DNA of 59,239 nt, taken from positions 1 to 59,239 of the IMG/VR virus record IMGVR_UViG_3300030104_003308; one strand, written 5' to 3'. This document shows, one piece after another, positions 1-8,345 of the stretch; the first letter of the stretch is position 1; each line of letters starts with the position of its first letter. The DNA is from a virus. Taxonomy: Duplodnaviria > Caudoviricetes. The notes beneath the pieces are model-generated. The model ran no database searches and had not been told where the DNA came from. It worked only from the letters and a program-made list of their open reading frames with translations. A program made the position numbers and the translations under genes.

Positions 1-43
1 GAGAGAGAAACGATCAGGCCACAAGGCAACTGTTTCTTCTTCC
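1..43. repeat. Terminal overlap, left copy (matches 59197..59239)
   Basis: gagagagaaacgatcaggccacaaggcaactgtttcttcttcc matches the window end at 41 of 43 positions. Confidence 0.95.
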
Positions 44-873
44 TTGATGTAGCGTTGACTTGGGTTGTCTGGGAGTTGACCTGCTTTAACGTACATAGGG
101 TGATCTTCTGGCAGGTGTCGTCTGCCGATCTTCTTGCCAGTGTATTGTGTTTTAATTGCAGGGAAATTGACATGTGTCCAACGACCTTCTTTCCAATCCT
201 CACTTTCAATAAGGCGACCTGCAAGGTCGTCTGGATGCCAGCGTGTGAGGATAACGATTTGTTTGGGAGGGTTGTGGTTCTCTTCTGGCTGAAGACGAGT
301 GGCGAGGGCTGATGTGTAGTAGTTCCAGGTCTTGTTTCTCTGGGTCATGCTCTCTGCATCTTCTCTGGATTTGATGGGGTCGTCTACGAGAAGAAGGTTG
401 GCTGGACGACCAGACGTTGTACCTCCGATACCGACTGCAAAGTAAGCTCCTCCGTTTTCAGTACGCCAGACGTCTGCTGCTCGACTGTCTTGGGAGAGGT
501 TAAAGTCTGGGAAGGCTTGGTGAATAGGCTTGGCTTCCACAACTGAACGGACTTGTCTGCCAAAGTCTGTGGCAAGCTGGCTGTTATAGGAACAGGACAT
601 AATATATCTGTTGGGATTGCGAGCCATGAAGTAGGCAGGGAAAAGGACTGTACCAAAGGTAGACTTTGCGTGTCTGGGAGGCATGGTTATCAGGAGATTG
701 TTAGTACCGAGCGTACCTTTCTCCAGTTTATCTAGGGCATCAATGAGTTCGTGCTGGAAGTCTGCAATATCCCAGTCGGGATAATTAATCTTTACGAAGC
801 CGAGGAAGTTTTCTTGGGCATCTCTTAACTTTAATAGGTATCTTGCAGCTTCTCGTTGCGAGTTAGCTACCAT
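1..873 (-). CDS. terL: Terminase large subunit, N-terminal ATPase part (continues across the junction into 58444..59196)
   Basis: Hand translation from ATG at 873: MVANSQREAARYLL...LLITMPPRHAKST (Walker A)...LLLVDDPIK (Walker B)...ILTRWHPDDLAGRL; open to base 1; missing from the ORF track. Confidence 0.93.
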   Translation of the reverse strand, partial: MVANSQREAARYLLKLRDAQENFLGFVKINYPDWDIADFQHELIDALDKLEKGTLGTNNLLITMPPRHAKSTFGTVLFPAYFMARNPNRYIMSCSYNSQLATDFGRQVRSVVEAKPIHQAFPDFNLSQDSRAADVWRTENGGAYFAVGIGGTTSGRPANLLLVDDPIKSREDAESMTQRNKTWNYYTSALATRLQPEENHNPPKQIVILTRWHPDDLAGRLIESEDWKEGRWTHVNFPAIKTQYTGKKIGRRHLPEDHPMYVKAGQLPDNPSQRYIKEEETVALWPDRFSL

Positions 874-1093
874 TATTCATCTTTCTATACATTTGTCTTG
901 CCATAGCTATGTCAAAACGTGCAGTAGGGTTCAGGATTGTTTCAGACATGATACCCATAAGGTGATCTTTGATAGCATCAGAGCGTTTTTCTGCTGGAAT
1001 AGTAGATAAATCTAGTTTTTTCATGGCATCTCCAAACTCTTGGACGCCTATTTTTGATAGATGTGTTTCCATTTGGGGGTTATTCACCTTCAT
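863..1093 (-). CDS. Hypothetical protein between terS and terL
   Basis: ORF overlaps both neighbours; start at 1093 or 1072 is uncertain. Confidence 0.55.
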   Translation of the reverse strand: MKVNNPQMETHLSKIGVQEFGDAMKKLDLSTIPAEKRSDAIKDHLMGIMSETILNPTARFDIAMARQMYRKMNNGS

Positions 1094-1553
1094 TTGTCGT
1101 TTCCTTTGCTTCAATAGCGTCAATACCAGAGGCAATACGCTCTAGTTCTTCACGAGAGAGGTCTATAATGTTCTTATTGTTGTGTTCATGCTGGACATAA
1201 CTGGCATTTAGGTCTGGAACTACTTTATTAAGGAGCATACCGAAGACACGAGCTTGGGTTGGATTCCATTCTACTGCACCAACTACTACATTATTGGCTA
1301 TATCTATCTGGTTTCGTACAAAGCCAGCGATTTGCCCTCTGATATGGGAAGATTGCATGGGAGTTAGCTCATGTTTCGTAGCTAAGTCTGTTACCTTTTT
1401 CATTTCTTCTAACTCTTTTTGTTTCTTTTTCTTCTCTGGAGCTTTTCGTCTACATTCTAAGCTACAATTCTTGACCCAGTCGTCCTTGCTGGCTTTGACA
1501 TAGAACTCCTTTCCACAAGTCTCGCAATTTTTATAGACACCTCTACGTTTCAA
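1080..1553 (-). CDS. terS: Putative terminase small subunit with N-terminal Cys-rich (CxxC...CSxxC) segment
   Basis: Lies upstream of terL; PTQARVFGMLLNKVVPDL and DLSREELERIA segments resemble small-terminase-like phage proteins. Confidence 0.6.
   Translation of the reverse strand: MKRRGVYKNCETCGKEFYVKASKDDWVKNCSLECRRKAPEKKKKQKELEEMKKVTDLATKHELTPMQSSHIRGQIAGFVRNQIDIANNVVVGAVEWNPTQARVFGMLLNKVVPDLNASYVQHEHNNKNIIDLSREELERIASGIDAIEAKETTNEGE
1454..1485 (-). promoter_or_regulatory. Late-type promoter motif GGACGAC-N19-TAGAAT
   Basis: One of about 10 copies with conserved spacing. Confidence 0.5.
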
Positions 1554-1631
1554 AATTTGCTCCGATTACTTTTGGGGGTGGGGGAGGTGACAACTTAAAA
1601 AACGCAAACGGGGGATGGGGGTGTACGCCCC

Positions 1632-1670
1632 CCTGTAGGCGAAAAGGGAACTTCTTATGGTGGAAATTTC
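1632..1670 (+). promoter_or_regulatory. Putative early promoter, copy 1 of a 39-bp element
   Basis: CCTGTAGGCGA..AAG..AACTT..TA.G..AAATTTC, repeated at 2652..2690. Confidence 0.45.
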
Positions 1671-1707
1671 GGTTTCCATTTTTCAAAACGCATTTACGGA
1701 GGAAAAC

Positions 1708-2043
1708 ATGGCGTATAACACAAACGGAAAATCCATCAAGGAAATCACGGAAGCTCTCGCACAGGGTATCTGCACACACGAGGACGCAATCGCTTGCTTT
1801 AGCGAGCGAATGACTCGCGAGAACAAGGGCGAGGGCTGGAAAGCTCGCTACACAAGGGCTATCGAGGCTGTCACCGAAGGTGTTGCTGACCCAGTCAAGT
1901 ACGCTTTCACGAACCCTGACGCTACGCCTAAAGCGAAGCCGAAAGCGAAAGCGAAAGCGAAAGCACCTGCAAATCCGTTGAGTGGCTTGAGCCAAGCACA
2001 AGTCGCACAGGTTATGGCTTTCGTGAACATCATCAAAAGCTAA
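1708..2043 (+). CDS. First early protein with Lys/Ala/Pro-rich segment
   Basis: GGAGG SD before ATG 1708; PKAKPKAKAKAKAP tract; followed by a terminator. Confidence 0.75.
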   Translation: MAYNTNGKSIKEITEALAQGICTHEDAIACFSERMTRENKGEGWKARYTRAIEAVTEGVADPVKYAFTNPDATPKAKPKAKAKAKAPANPLSGLSQAQVAQVMAFVNIIKS

Positions 2044-2050
2044 TCCTAGC

Positions 2051-2083
2051 GAGGGAGGGCGAAAGCCTTCCCTCCTTTTTTTT
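2051..2083 (+). terminator. Rho-independent terminator
   Basis: GAGGGAGGGC-GAAA-GCCTTCCCTC then C and T8. Confidence 0.85.
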
Positions 2084-2277
2084 GTCCAAAACTCTTGTGG
2101 TACGAGGGTTTTTGACAGGAAAAACGACAACAACTCTGTCCCACAAGGACTAAGTCGTTGTTTTTTCTGTGTTTTCATATCCTTCTCAGGGATATGTTCT
2201 AGGTTTTCAGCCTCTCGGACGTTTTGAAAACCTCTTTTCGAGGTCAAGAACAATAGGCTGACGACAAACATTTCAAC

Positions 2278-2309
2278 AACTTAACGGAAACGACATATTT
2301 CTGTCGTCC
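2278..2309 (-). promoter_or_regulatory. Late-type promoter motif GGACGAC-N19-TAAGTT pointing toward terS
   Basis: Intergenic copy of the recurrent motif. Confidence 0.55.
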
Positions 2310-2441
2310 CATCTATACAAGGAGGCAAGCATGAAGAAAAAAGGCAAGATCAGAGCATGGATCGAAGACATCATTGGCATGATTTCCGTTGTTGGCTTCA
2401 TCTACATAATACTTCACGCAGAACTCATATTTGGAGGTTAA

Positions 2442-2645
2442 ATGAAAATCATACAAACACAAAGACATCACAGAGCATGGATCAAAGCAAAGGACAACGG
2501 CTTGTCGTTGTTTGAAATTCACAGCGAAGACGAACCAAGATTTCTGATGACATACTCTTGTATGCCAAAGGAAGTTGGTAGCGTCAAAGACAATGCAACT
2601 ATCGAGGAGATCGAACAAGTCCTCAACAAAATTGATCGGAGTTAA
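2442..2645 (+). CDS. Hypothetical early protein
   Basis: GGAGGT SD; 67-aa ORF. Confidence 0.7.
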   Translation: MKIIQTQRHHRAWIKAKDNGLSLFEIHSEDEPRFLMTYSCMPKEVGSVKDNATIEEIEQVLNKIDRS

Positions 2646-2651
2646 GTCACA

Positions 2652-2690
2652 CCTGTAGGCGATAAGTAACTTAGTAAGACGTCAAATTTC
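2652..2690 (+). promoter_or_regulatory. Putative early promoter, copy 2 of the 39-bp element
   Basis: Matches 1632..1670 at both ends, same length. Confidence 0.45.
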
Positions 2691-2702
2691 TAACAACAAC
2701 GA

Positions 2703-2733
2703 GCCACCAGTCAAGACGACTGGTGGTTTTTTT
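2703..2733 (+). terminator. Rho-independent terminator
   Basis: GCCACCAGTC-AAGAC-GACTGGTGGT followed by a T run. Confidence 0.8.
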
Positions 2734-2755
2734 ATGTCTAAAATTGGAGGTAACA

Positions 2756-2920
2756 ATGGATACACTAGACAAAACATTACAAGACGAGATCGAAATGATT
2801 GAACCAGATTGGGACGATCAAACAGACATCATGCCAGACCAGAAAGAACTACCTGACATGACAATGAGTTTTCTTGTCTTTCCTCATGGTCACAAGAAGA
2901 AAGCCGTGAGGGTTGAGTAA
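2756..2920 (+). CDS. Small acidic hypothetical protein
   Basis: GGAGGT SD before MDTLDK. Confidence 0.6.
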   Translation: MDTLDKTLQDEIEMIEPDWDDQTDIMPDQKELPDMTMSFLVFPHGHKKKAVRVE

Positions 2921-3240
2921 TGAACGTATATCAAATCTACTCACGCAAAGCGAAGAAAGTTCGCAAGCAAATAACCTATGACATTGAGACTTGGTGGGAC
3001 AAGTACAAGCCAATAGGGTGGCCGAAGTTTGATGAAGCAAGCGTTGATTGCTCAGTATGGGACACAGACCCAACGAAATGCTCCCTCTATGGTGAGCAGT
3101 TCATCTGGACAGCCGTAAGAAGTTTTGACTCAGACGATGTCACAATCATTAACGGAACTCGGTTCGTTGATCGAGAAGGCTTCATCATCACCGAGAACAA
3201 ATGGAAAGCAAACACAGACATATTCGTGGAGGGATTTTAA
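2920..3240 (+). CDS. Hypothetical protein
   Basis: 106-aa ORF coupled by TAATG overlap. Confidence 0.7.
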   Translation: MNVYQIYSRKAKKVRKQITYDIETWWDKYKPIGWPKFDEASVDCSVWDTDPTKCSLYGEQFIWTAVRSFDSDDVTIINGTRFVDREGFIITENKWKANTDIFVEGF

Positions 3241-4035
3241 ATGAAAAGCAGAGTAATTAGCACAAGCAAAGCAGAAGTTCTAGCTAACATCATCACACTA
3301 GTTGGAGCGAAGAAACAAATCGAAGCACTACCACAAAAGCTAAGAGATGCAGACGATCTCTTTCTGCCAATAAGGAAAGAGTTATACAAGCAAGTCAAGA
3401 AAGTACCAGCAATGTTGAATTGGTATTTTAATGAGCGAAAACTCGAAAACTTTGACCCTAAAGGCAAGGACGATAGGTATACAATCAAAGAAGTTCTGCT
3501 GAGAATGGGTATGATACGACACTACTATGAAGATGCTCAGAAAGAAGCATCACAACTCGTTTTTGACATGAAAGACGAAGACACTATTGACCAAATTAAT
3601 CACATGAAAATGGATATAGAAATTCTCAGGTCATTCATCAATCAAGAAGGTAACGATGGTGTAAGAGCACATAAATTCAGCATTGAATTATTTTTAGACA
3701 GTTGCATAGCAACTAATCCTGAAGCCTATCACAGCCATCAGATCACGCTAACTTATCAACCTTACATGGACGAGTTTTTGTCAGCCCAAGAGAAAATGTA
3801 CAAAGAGGTATATGATCTTGGACAAAAATGCCGTTGCCTTTCTGATGACATAGAGTCAAACATCAACAAGATGAGAACAACTGGCAAGGTCATAGAGAAC
3901 TGGCCTGAAGTCGAGCCTCTTGTACTTCAGATGTATGGCGAGGAAGATTCCAAGTCTGCTCCCGAAGTACCACTCGGCAACATCATTAACCGACACTTAC
4001 TACAAATCACAGACCAATCTGGAGCAACAGCATGA
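3241..4035 (+). CDS. Nmad5-like (nucleotide modification-associated domain 5) protein
   Basis: Helical protein; C-terminal RTTGKVIENWPEV resembles the Nmad5 TxKxLxExWPE motif (recalled, not searched). Confidence 0.5.
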   Translation: MKSRVISTSKAEVLANIITLVGAKKQIEALPQKLRDADDLFLPIRKELYKQVKKVPAMLNWYFNERKLENFDPKGKDDRYTIKEVLLRMGMIRHYYEDAQKEASQLVFDMKDEDTIDQINHMKMDIEILRSFINQEGNDGVRAHKFSIELFLDSCIATNPEAYHSHQITLTYQPYMDEFLSAQEKMYKEVYDLGQKCRCLSDDIESNINKMRTTGKVIENWPEVEPLVLQMYGEEDSKSAPEVPLGNIINRHLLQITDQSGATA

Positions 4036-4226
4036 AGAGTATGGCCTCTAAGAAATACGATACAGTATGCTACTTAGGTTTTACCATCAAACATGACACA
4101 GAAGAGCCTGATGTTTTAGAGAATGTTGGAGCAATTAGGCTCTCTATATTGGATAAGGTGGCGTCAATGACAGACAGCCAAATCTTAGGCGAAATTGAAT
4201 ATGGAGAAACAATAGATGACCTATAA
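4032..4226 (+). CDS. Hypothetical protein
   Basis: ATGA overlap with upstream gene, GGAG SD. Confidence 0.65.
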   Translation: MKSMASKKYDTVCYLGFTIKHDTEEPDVLENVGAIRLSILDKVASMTDSQILGEIEYGETIDDL

Positions 4227-4527
4227 CTACACTCGTGGATTTCATTACCAACCACTACCAATGTCAATAGCAGAGGCTAAAGAATGTTGGGAACAAATCC
4301 AAGGCTCTATGTCTGCTGAATGTATACACGAAGACGGAGAAGCAACACAAGCAGAGGCAAGACAAAACTATCTTGATGTCCTCAGAGATGCTTTGATTTT
4401 GCATAAGAAATTTCCTCACCCAAAGGACATACTCTTAGAGGAATTAGATGAGAAAGATGTAAAGAAATTTGGCTACAAAGATTTTGATGACTACTACAAA
4501 ACATGGGAGAAAGCGAAGGGGTACTGA
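4216..4527 (+). CDS. Hypothetical protein
   Basis: Overlapping chain of early ORFs, GGAG SD. Confidence 0.65.
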   Translation: MTYNYTRGFHYQPLPMSIAEAKECWEQIQGSMSAECIHEDGEATQAEARQNYLDVLRDALILHKKFPHPKDILLEELDEKDVKKFGYKDFDDYYKTWEKAKGY

Positions 4528-4778
4528 TGGCTAAAGAAAAAGTAACAATGGATTTAGAAGTACACATGACAGTGACAATGTCTAAAGAGTTTCTTGACCA
4601 GTTCAAGCTAGACACAAAGGGTCATGTCTTTAACCAAAAACCAGTTGTTGCTACTGATAACAACAACTATCTAGGAAGCATTATTGTAACCAGTTGTTTT
4701 AGAAACAACGCAAGAAGTATTTATCATGCCAAAGTTAAAAACATAAGGGGGGACAATGAAAGTCTTGATCGGCTGTGA
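4527..4778 (+). CDS. Hypothetical protein
   Basis: TGATG coupling; MAKEKVT start. Confidence 0.6.
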   Translation: MAKEKVTMDLEVHMTVTMSKEFLDQFKLDTKGHVFNQKPVVATDNNNYLGSIIVTSCFRNNARSIYHAKVKNIRGDNESLDRL

Positions 4779-5388
4779 AACAAGTGGTGTTGTGAGGGAA
4801 GCATTTCTTAAACAAGGACATGACACATGGTCTTGTGACATACTACCCTCAGACATACCAACAAACAGACACATTCAGGCAGACGTGAGGGACGTCTTAG
4901 CACTGGACGCATTTGATATGTTGATTGTCTGTCATCCACCTTGCACCAGGTTATGTAACTCTGGAGTGAGGTGGCTGCATAAAGCACCACCAAACAAAAC
5001 GCTTGGCGAAATGTGGAGGGAACTTGAAGAGGGTGCTGAACTGTTCAGTGATCTGCTCAATGCAGATGTTCCTTTGATTGCAGTTGAGAACCCAGTCATG
5101 CACAAGTATGCCAAGCAAAGGATCAAAAACTACCGAGAGTTTAGCCAGAGTATACAGCCTTGGCAATTCGGTACAGATGAGAATGGTACAGACAATGTAA
5201 AGAAACGTACTTGTCTGTGGCTCAAGAGGTTGCCCAACCTCAAGCCAACTGGGACGTTGGATGGAAGCACGGCTCGTGCTGATGTCCACAATGCTTCACC
5301 TTCCCCATTACGTTGGAAGATACGAAGCAAATTCTACGAAGGCATAGCCAATGCTATGGCTTTTCAATGGGGTTCTGTTACCCCCTAA
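4756..5388 (+). CDS. Short phage DNA cytosine-C5 methyltransferase-like protein
   Basis: N-terminal SAM-binding-like KVLIGCETSG, catalytic-like HPPC, ENP motif, C-terminal GIANAMAFQW. Confidence 0.8.
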   Translation: MKVLIGCETSGVVREAFLKQGHDTWSCDILPSDIPTNRHIQADVRDVLALDAFDMLIVCHPPCTRLCNSGVRWLHKAPPNKTLGEMWRELEEGAELFSDLLNADVPLIAVENPVMHKYAKQRIKNYREFSQSIQPWQFGTDENGTDNVKKRTCLWLKRLPNLKPTGTLDGSTARADVHNASPSPLRWKIRSKFYEGIANAMAFQWGSVTP

Positions 5389-5474
5389 CTACAACCCAAA
5401 TTATAAACTTGTATAAACTGATGTACATGTTAATATGTACACAGAGTATAATCCTATTAACCAAAGGAGGTATA

Positions 5475-7289
5475 ATGCCTAAACAACTAAAGGATATATT
5501 CAACTCACCAAGAGGTGAGCAACGTAAACTGCTACGAGACTATGTGTCTGTAGCTTGTGAACGAAGTGACTACATGATTAAAAGAGAAACCAAAACTCAT
5601 CACGCTACCCAAAAGACATGGTCACAATGGCGTGACTCATTAACAGTAGACAACTTGGTTCTATTAGCATGGGACGTGGATAACTGTGGCAAAAAAAGCA
5701 ATCATATTTGTATTCAAACTATGATTAAAGGCACACACAAGGGCGATGCCCAAGAGATAAGAGATGGCTATGCTTCTGGTAAGTACCCATTTACAAATCA
5801 GCCCTTGCTTGAGGGAGTGAGTGCCGAAGATTTACTCCACCTATTCCTCGACATAGCAGTGGAAACTGAGTGTCAAGACAAAGACCAGATTGTATTGGCA
5901 GTTAAGAACTCATGTCGCATACACTCTAGCTTCGAGCATATCTTCAACTCAGCCGTTGAAGTATGGGCAGACATAGATGTAGATGAAATAGACAATGAGT
6001 ATAGCAACGCAGAAGTCTTCGATAAGCTCCGTGATTGTTACAATTCAGCTTGTGCATATATCACTGGCGAGGAAAAGAAATCTGCCAAGCAGACACAAGC
6101 CAGTGGTGAGATACAAACACCCACCAAAGAGCAAGCATCTATCGTCAATACAATCATGGATAACTTAGGTTTGCCGAAGATAGAAACCATGATCCAGAAA
6201 GTGAACTCATCTACGCATGAAATGCAGATCAAGGATAGTAAGATCGCTGACCTTGAGAGCAGAATAAAGTTGAGTGCCATGTCACCTGCTACCCCTATGA
6301 CTACGCAAGCACAGACGTCTAATGGAGTGGACATTCCTAAAGGCAAGATGGTTCTCAAGAAAGCCTATCAAGTCTTTGGCATGAGCAAAGATAAGTTTGA
6401 CTTTGATGTGACATGTTGGGATTGGGATGCACCTAATCCTCATGTGCCAGAGGTAGACCCTCACTATATCTTCAGACCAGATGAACTGCTGAAGTTTCTA
6501 TATGCCCTGCTCAGTAATCAGCGAGCATACTTTCATGGTGACACTGGCACTGGTAAGACGACATTGATTGAGCAAGGTGCTGCACGTCTGTCTTATATGT
6601 TCAGCCGTATCAACTTCGATAGTGAGGTCAGCAGATATGATCTGATTGGTAGAGATGTTCTTACATCTGATGGCACACAGACCATATCCAAATTCGTAGA
6701 CGGCAAGTTGCCACAAATGATGCAGACACCTACGATTGGTTGCTTTGACGAGATTGATTTCGTTAGACCAGACGTAGCTTACGTTATGCAATCAGCCCTT
6801 GAGGGTAATGGGTTGGTCATTACGGAAGATGGTGGGAGAATTGTCAAACCTCACCCACAATTTAGAATGTTTGCCACTGGCAATACATGTGGTCAAGGTG
6901 ATGAGAAAGGTATGTATGCTGGTGCTAGACCACAGAGTATGGCATTGCTTGATCGCTTCACTGTCTGGGCAAAGATAGATTACCTTGATGCCAAGCAGAG
7001 AAAGAAACTGATCGAGAAGAAAGTACCTACCCTCGATAAGTCTCATGTCGATATTGTCTGCCAGTATGTGATCGAACATCTTCGAGCGTTCAAGGACGCC
7101 AAGGTTCTTCAGCCTATCTCCCCGAGAGGTATGCTTGCACTGGCAAATTCGATTGCCACATTCACAGCACTTGACCCCAAGGATACCAATGGTGCTATCA
7201 AGAGAGCCTTCGCCACTACCATCACAGACAGAGCAACAAGCCAAGACTATGCCGTGCTCAATGGCATCGTAGATAGGGTGGTGAAGTGA
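5475..7289 (+). CDS. cobS: CobS-like MoxR-family AAA+ ATPase
   Basis: P..DPHYIF, Walker A GDTGTGKT, Walker B CFDEID, FRMFATGNT, LLDRF, SPR; AAGGAGG SD before ATG 5475. Confidence 0.88.
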   Translation: MPKQLKDIFNSPRGEQRKLLRDYVSVACERSDYMIKRETKTHHATQKTWSQWRDSLTVDNLVLLAWDVDNCGKKSNHICIQTMIKGTHKGDAQEIRDGYASGKYPFTNQPLLEGVSAEDLLHLFLDIAVETECQDKDQIVLAVKNSCRIHSSFEHIFNSAVEVWADIDVDEIDNEYSNAEVFDKLRDCYNSACAYITGEEKKSAKQTQASGEIQTPTKEQASIVNTIMDNLGLPKIETMIQKVNSSTHEMQIKDSKIADLESRIKLSAMSPATPMTTQAQTSNGVDIPKGKMVLKKAYQVFGMSKDKFDFDVTCWDWDAPNPHVPEVDPHYIFRPDELLKFLYALLSNQRAYFHGDTGTGKTTLIEQGAARLSYMFSRINFDSEVSRYDLIGRDVLTSDGTQTISKFVDGKLPQMMQTPTIGCFDEIDFVRPDVAYVMQSALEGNGLVITEDGGRIVKPHPQFRMFATGNTCGQGDEKGMYAGARPQSMALLDRFTVWAKIDYLDAKQRKKLIEKKVPTLDKSHVDIVCQYVIEHLRAFKDAKVLQPISPRGMLALANSIATFTALDPKDTNGAIKRAFATTITDRATSQDYAVLNGIVDRVVK

Positions 7290-7489
7290 TGCCCAAGTTT
7301 AAAATCTTTCACTACAAAGATGTTTCCTATCGTGCTGAATCCATTGTCGAGGCTAAAGACAGAGATACAGCAGAGAGCATGGCACATGACATCCCTATGG
7401 ATGAATGGAATGAATTGGATTGGGAAGATATTGATTATGAAGAGCCTAATTGGGACGCACTACATGCCGAGGAGATAACTGATGGGTAG
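7286..7489 (+). CDS. Small acidic hypothetical protein
   Basis: Coupled ORF with VEAKDRDTAE motif. Confidence 0.65.
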   Translation: MMPKFKIFHYKDVSYRAESIVEAKDRDTAESMAHDIPMDEWNELDWEDIDYEEPNWDALHAEEITDG

Positions 7490-7673
7490 GGTCAGCGACA
7501 TGGTCATCGGTCTTCTCGAAAGCGTGACGGAAGATGAGGCAAAGGACATCAAGGACTATGCCGAAGATCACTACAAAAACTTTGGCTTCTGGCCTCACGA
7601 TGTTGAGGTCGGAGACAGAGTTCTTACCTACCATGACTACCAATTAATCTTACGACACATGGAGCAAGCATGA
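7482..7673 (+). CDS. Hypothetical protein
   Basis: GGAG SD; MGRVSDM start. Confidence 0.65.
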   Translation: MGRVSDMVIGLLESVTEDEAKDIKDYAEDHYKNFGFWPHDVEVGDRVLTYHDYQLILRHMEQA

Positions 7674-7852
7674 TTACAGAAGACGATATTGAGAAGGCAT
7701 TACTCTATGCCTTCAAGAAAGTTTTCCCAGAAAACTTTAGAGAAGAAGAGGATGTTCAAGAGAAAAATCAATGGACGCCTTGGACTACAAAATTTAACGG
7801 ACATTATAAGGAGGATGAGAATGTCACAACAGAAAGAAACAATAGCCAATAG
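7670..7852 (+). CDS. Hypothetical protein
   Basis: ATGA coupling, GGAG SD. Confidence 0.55.
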   Translation: MITEDDIEKALLYAFKKVFPENFREEEDVQEKNQWTPWTTKFNGHYKEDENVTTERNNSQ

Positions 7853-8345
7853 TATGCTTGAAGAACTTGGCATTGGAACGCCAGAAGAAAAGCAAGAAGA
7901 GTTTAGGCTAACGACTGAACGCTTCAAGACGGAGCGAAAAGATAGGGCTTGGAAACCACCAGTTCCTAAGAGCCAACGGCATAGCATCAACAAGAAGCCA
8001 GTGACTTCTGCTCACGAGTATGCAGAAAGACATCCAGAAATTAAGACACCTCACACTTCGAGCAAGGCATTGGTTGATGCCGTTCTCTTGGACTTGCAGA
8101 AGAAAGGGACAATGGAAACCAATGGTACTGGAGCTCAAGTGAGATACAGCACAGAGGATTGGAACACAATCATTCGTGTCTTATCTACCTACTTTGCTGA
8201 CGTCTTAGAGGGAGCAGGTTTTATCTATGGTGGTGCAGAGAATGTACTCGGATTACAGAGGGCAGTAGCTGACATCGTGAAGTATCGTTTCAAGGTAAGG
8301 GTTGGCGATGCGTATATGAAAATTGCAATAGGGGATAAGGAATGA
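7821..8345 (+). CDS. Hypothetical protein
   Basis: AAGGAGG SD before ATG 7821. Confidence 0.7.
   Translation: MSQQKETIANSMLEELGIGTPEEKQEEFRLTTERFKTERKDRAWKPPVPKSQRHSINKKPVTSAHEYAERHPEIKTPHTSSKALVDAVLLDLQKKGTMETNGTGAQVRYSTEDWNTIIRVLSTYFADVLEGAGFIYGGAENVLGLQRAVADIVKYRFKVRVGDAYMKIAIGDKE

Noticed and set aside
1543-2271. 242-aa minus-strand ORF with FRFRFR repeat
   Set aside because: Antisense shadow of the 1708..2043 gene and the hairpin region; no SD or protein-like composition
5313-5474. N-terminal extension of the CobS-like ORF
   Set aside because: Overlaps the MTase gene and an AT-rich promoter-like gap; strong SD supports ATG 5475
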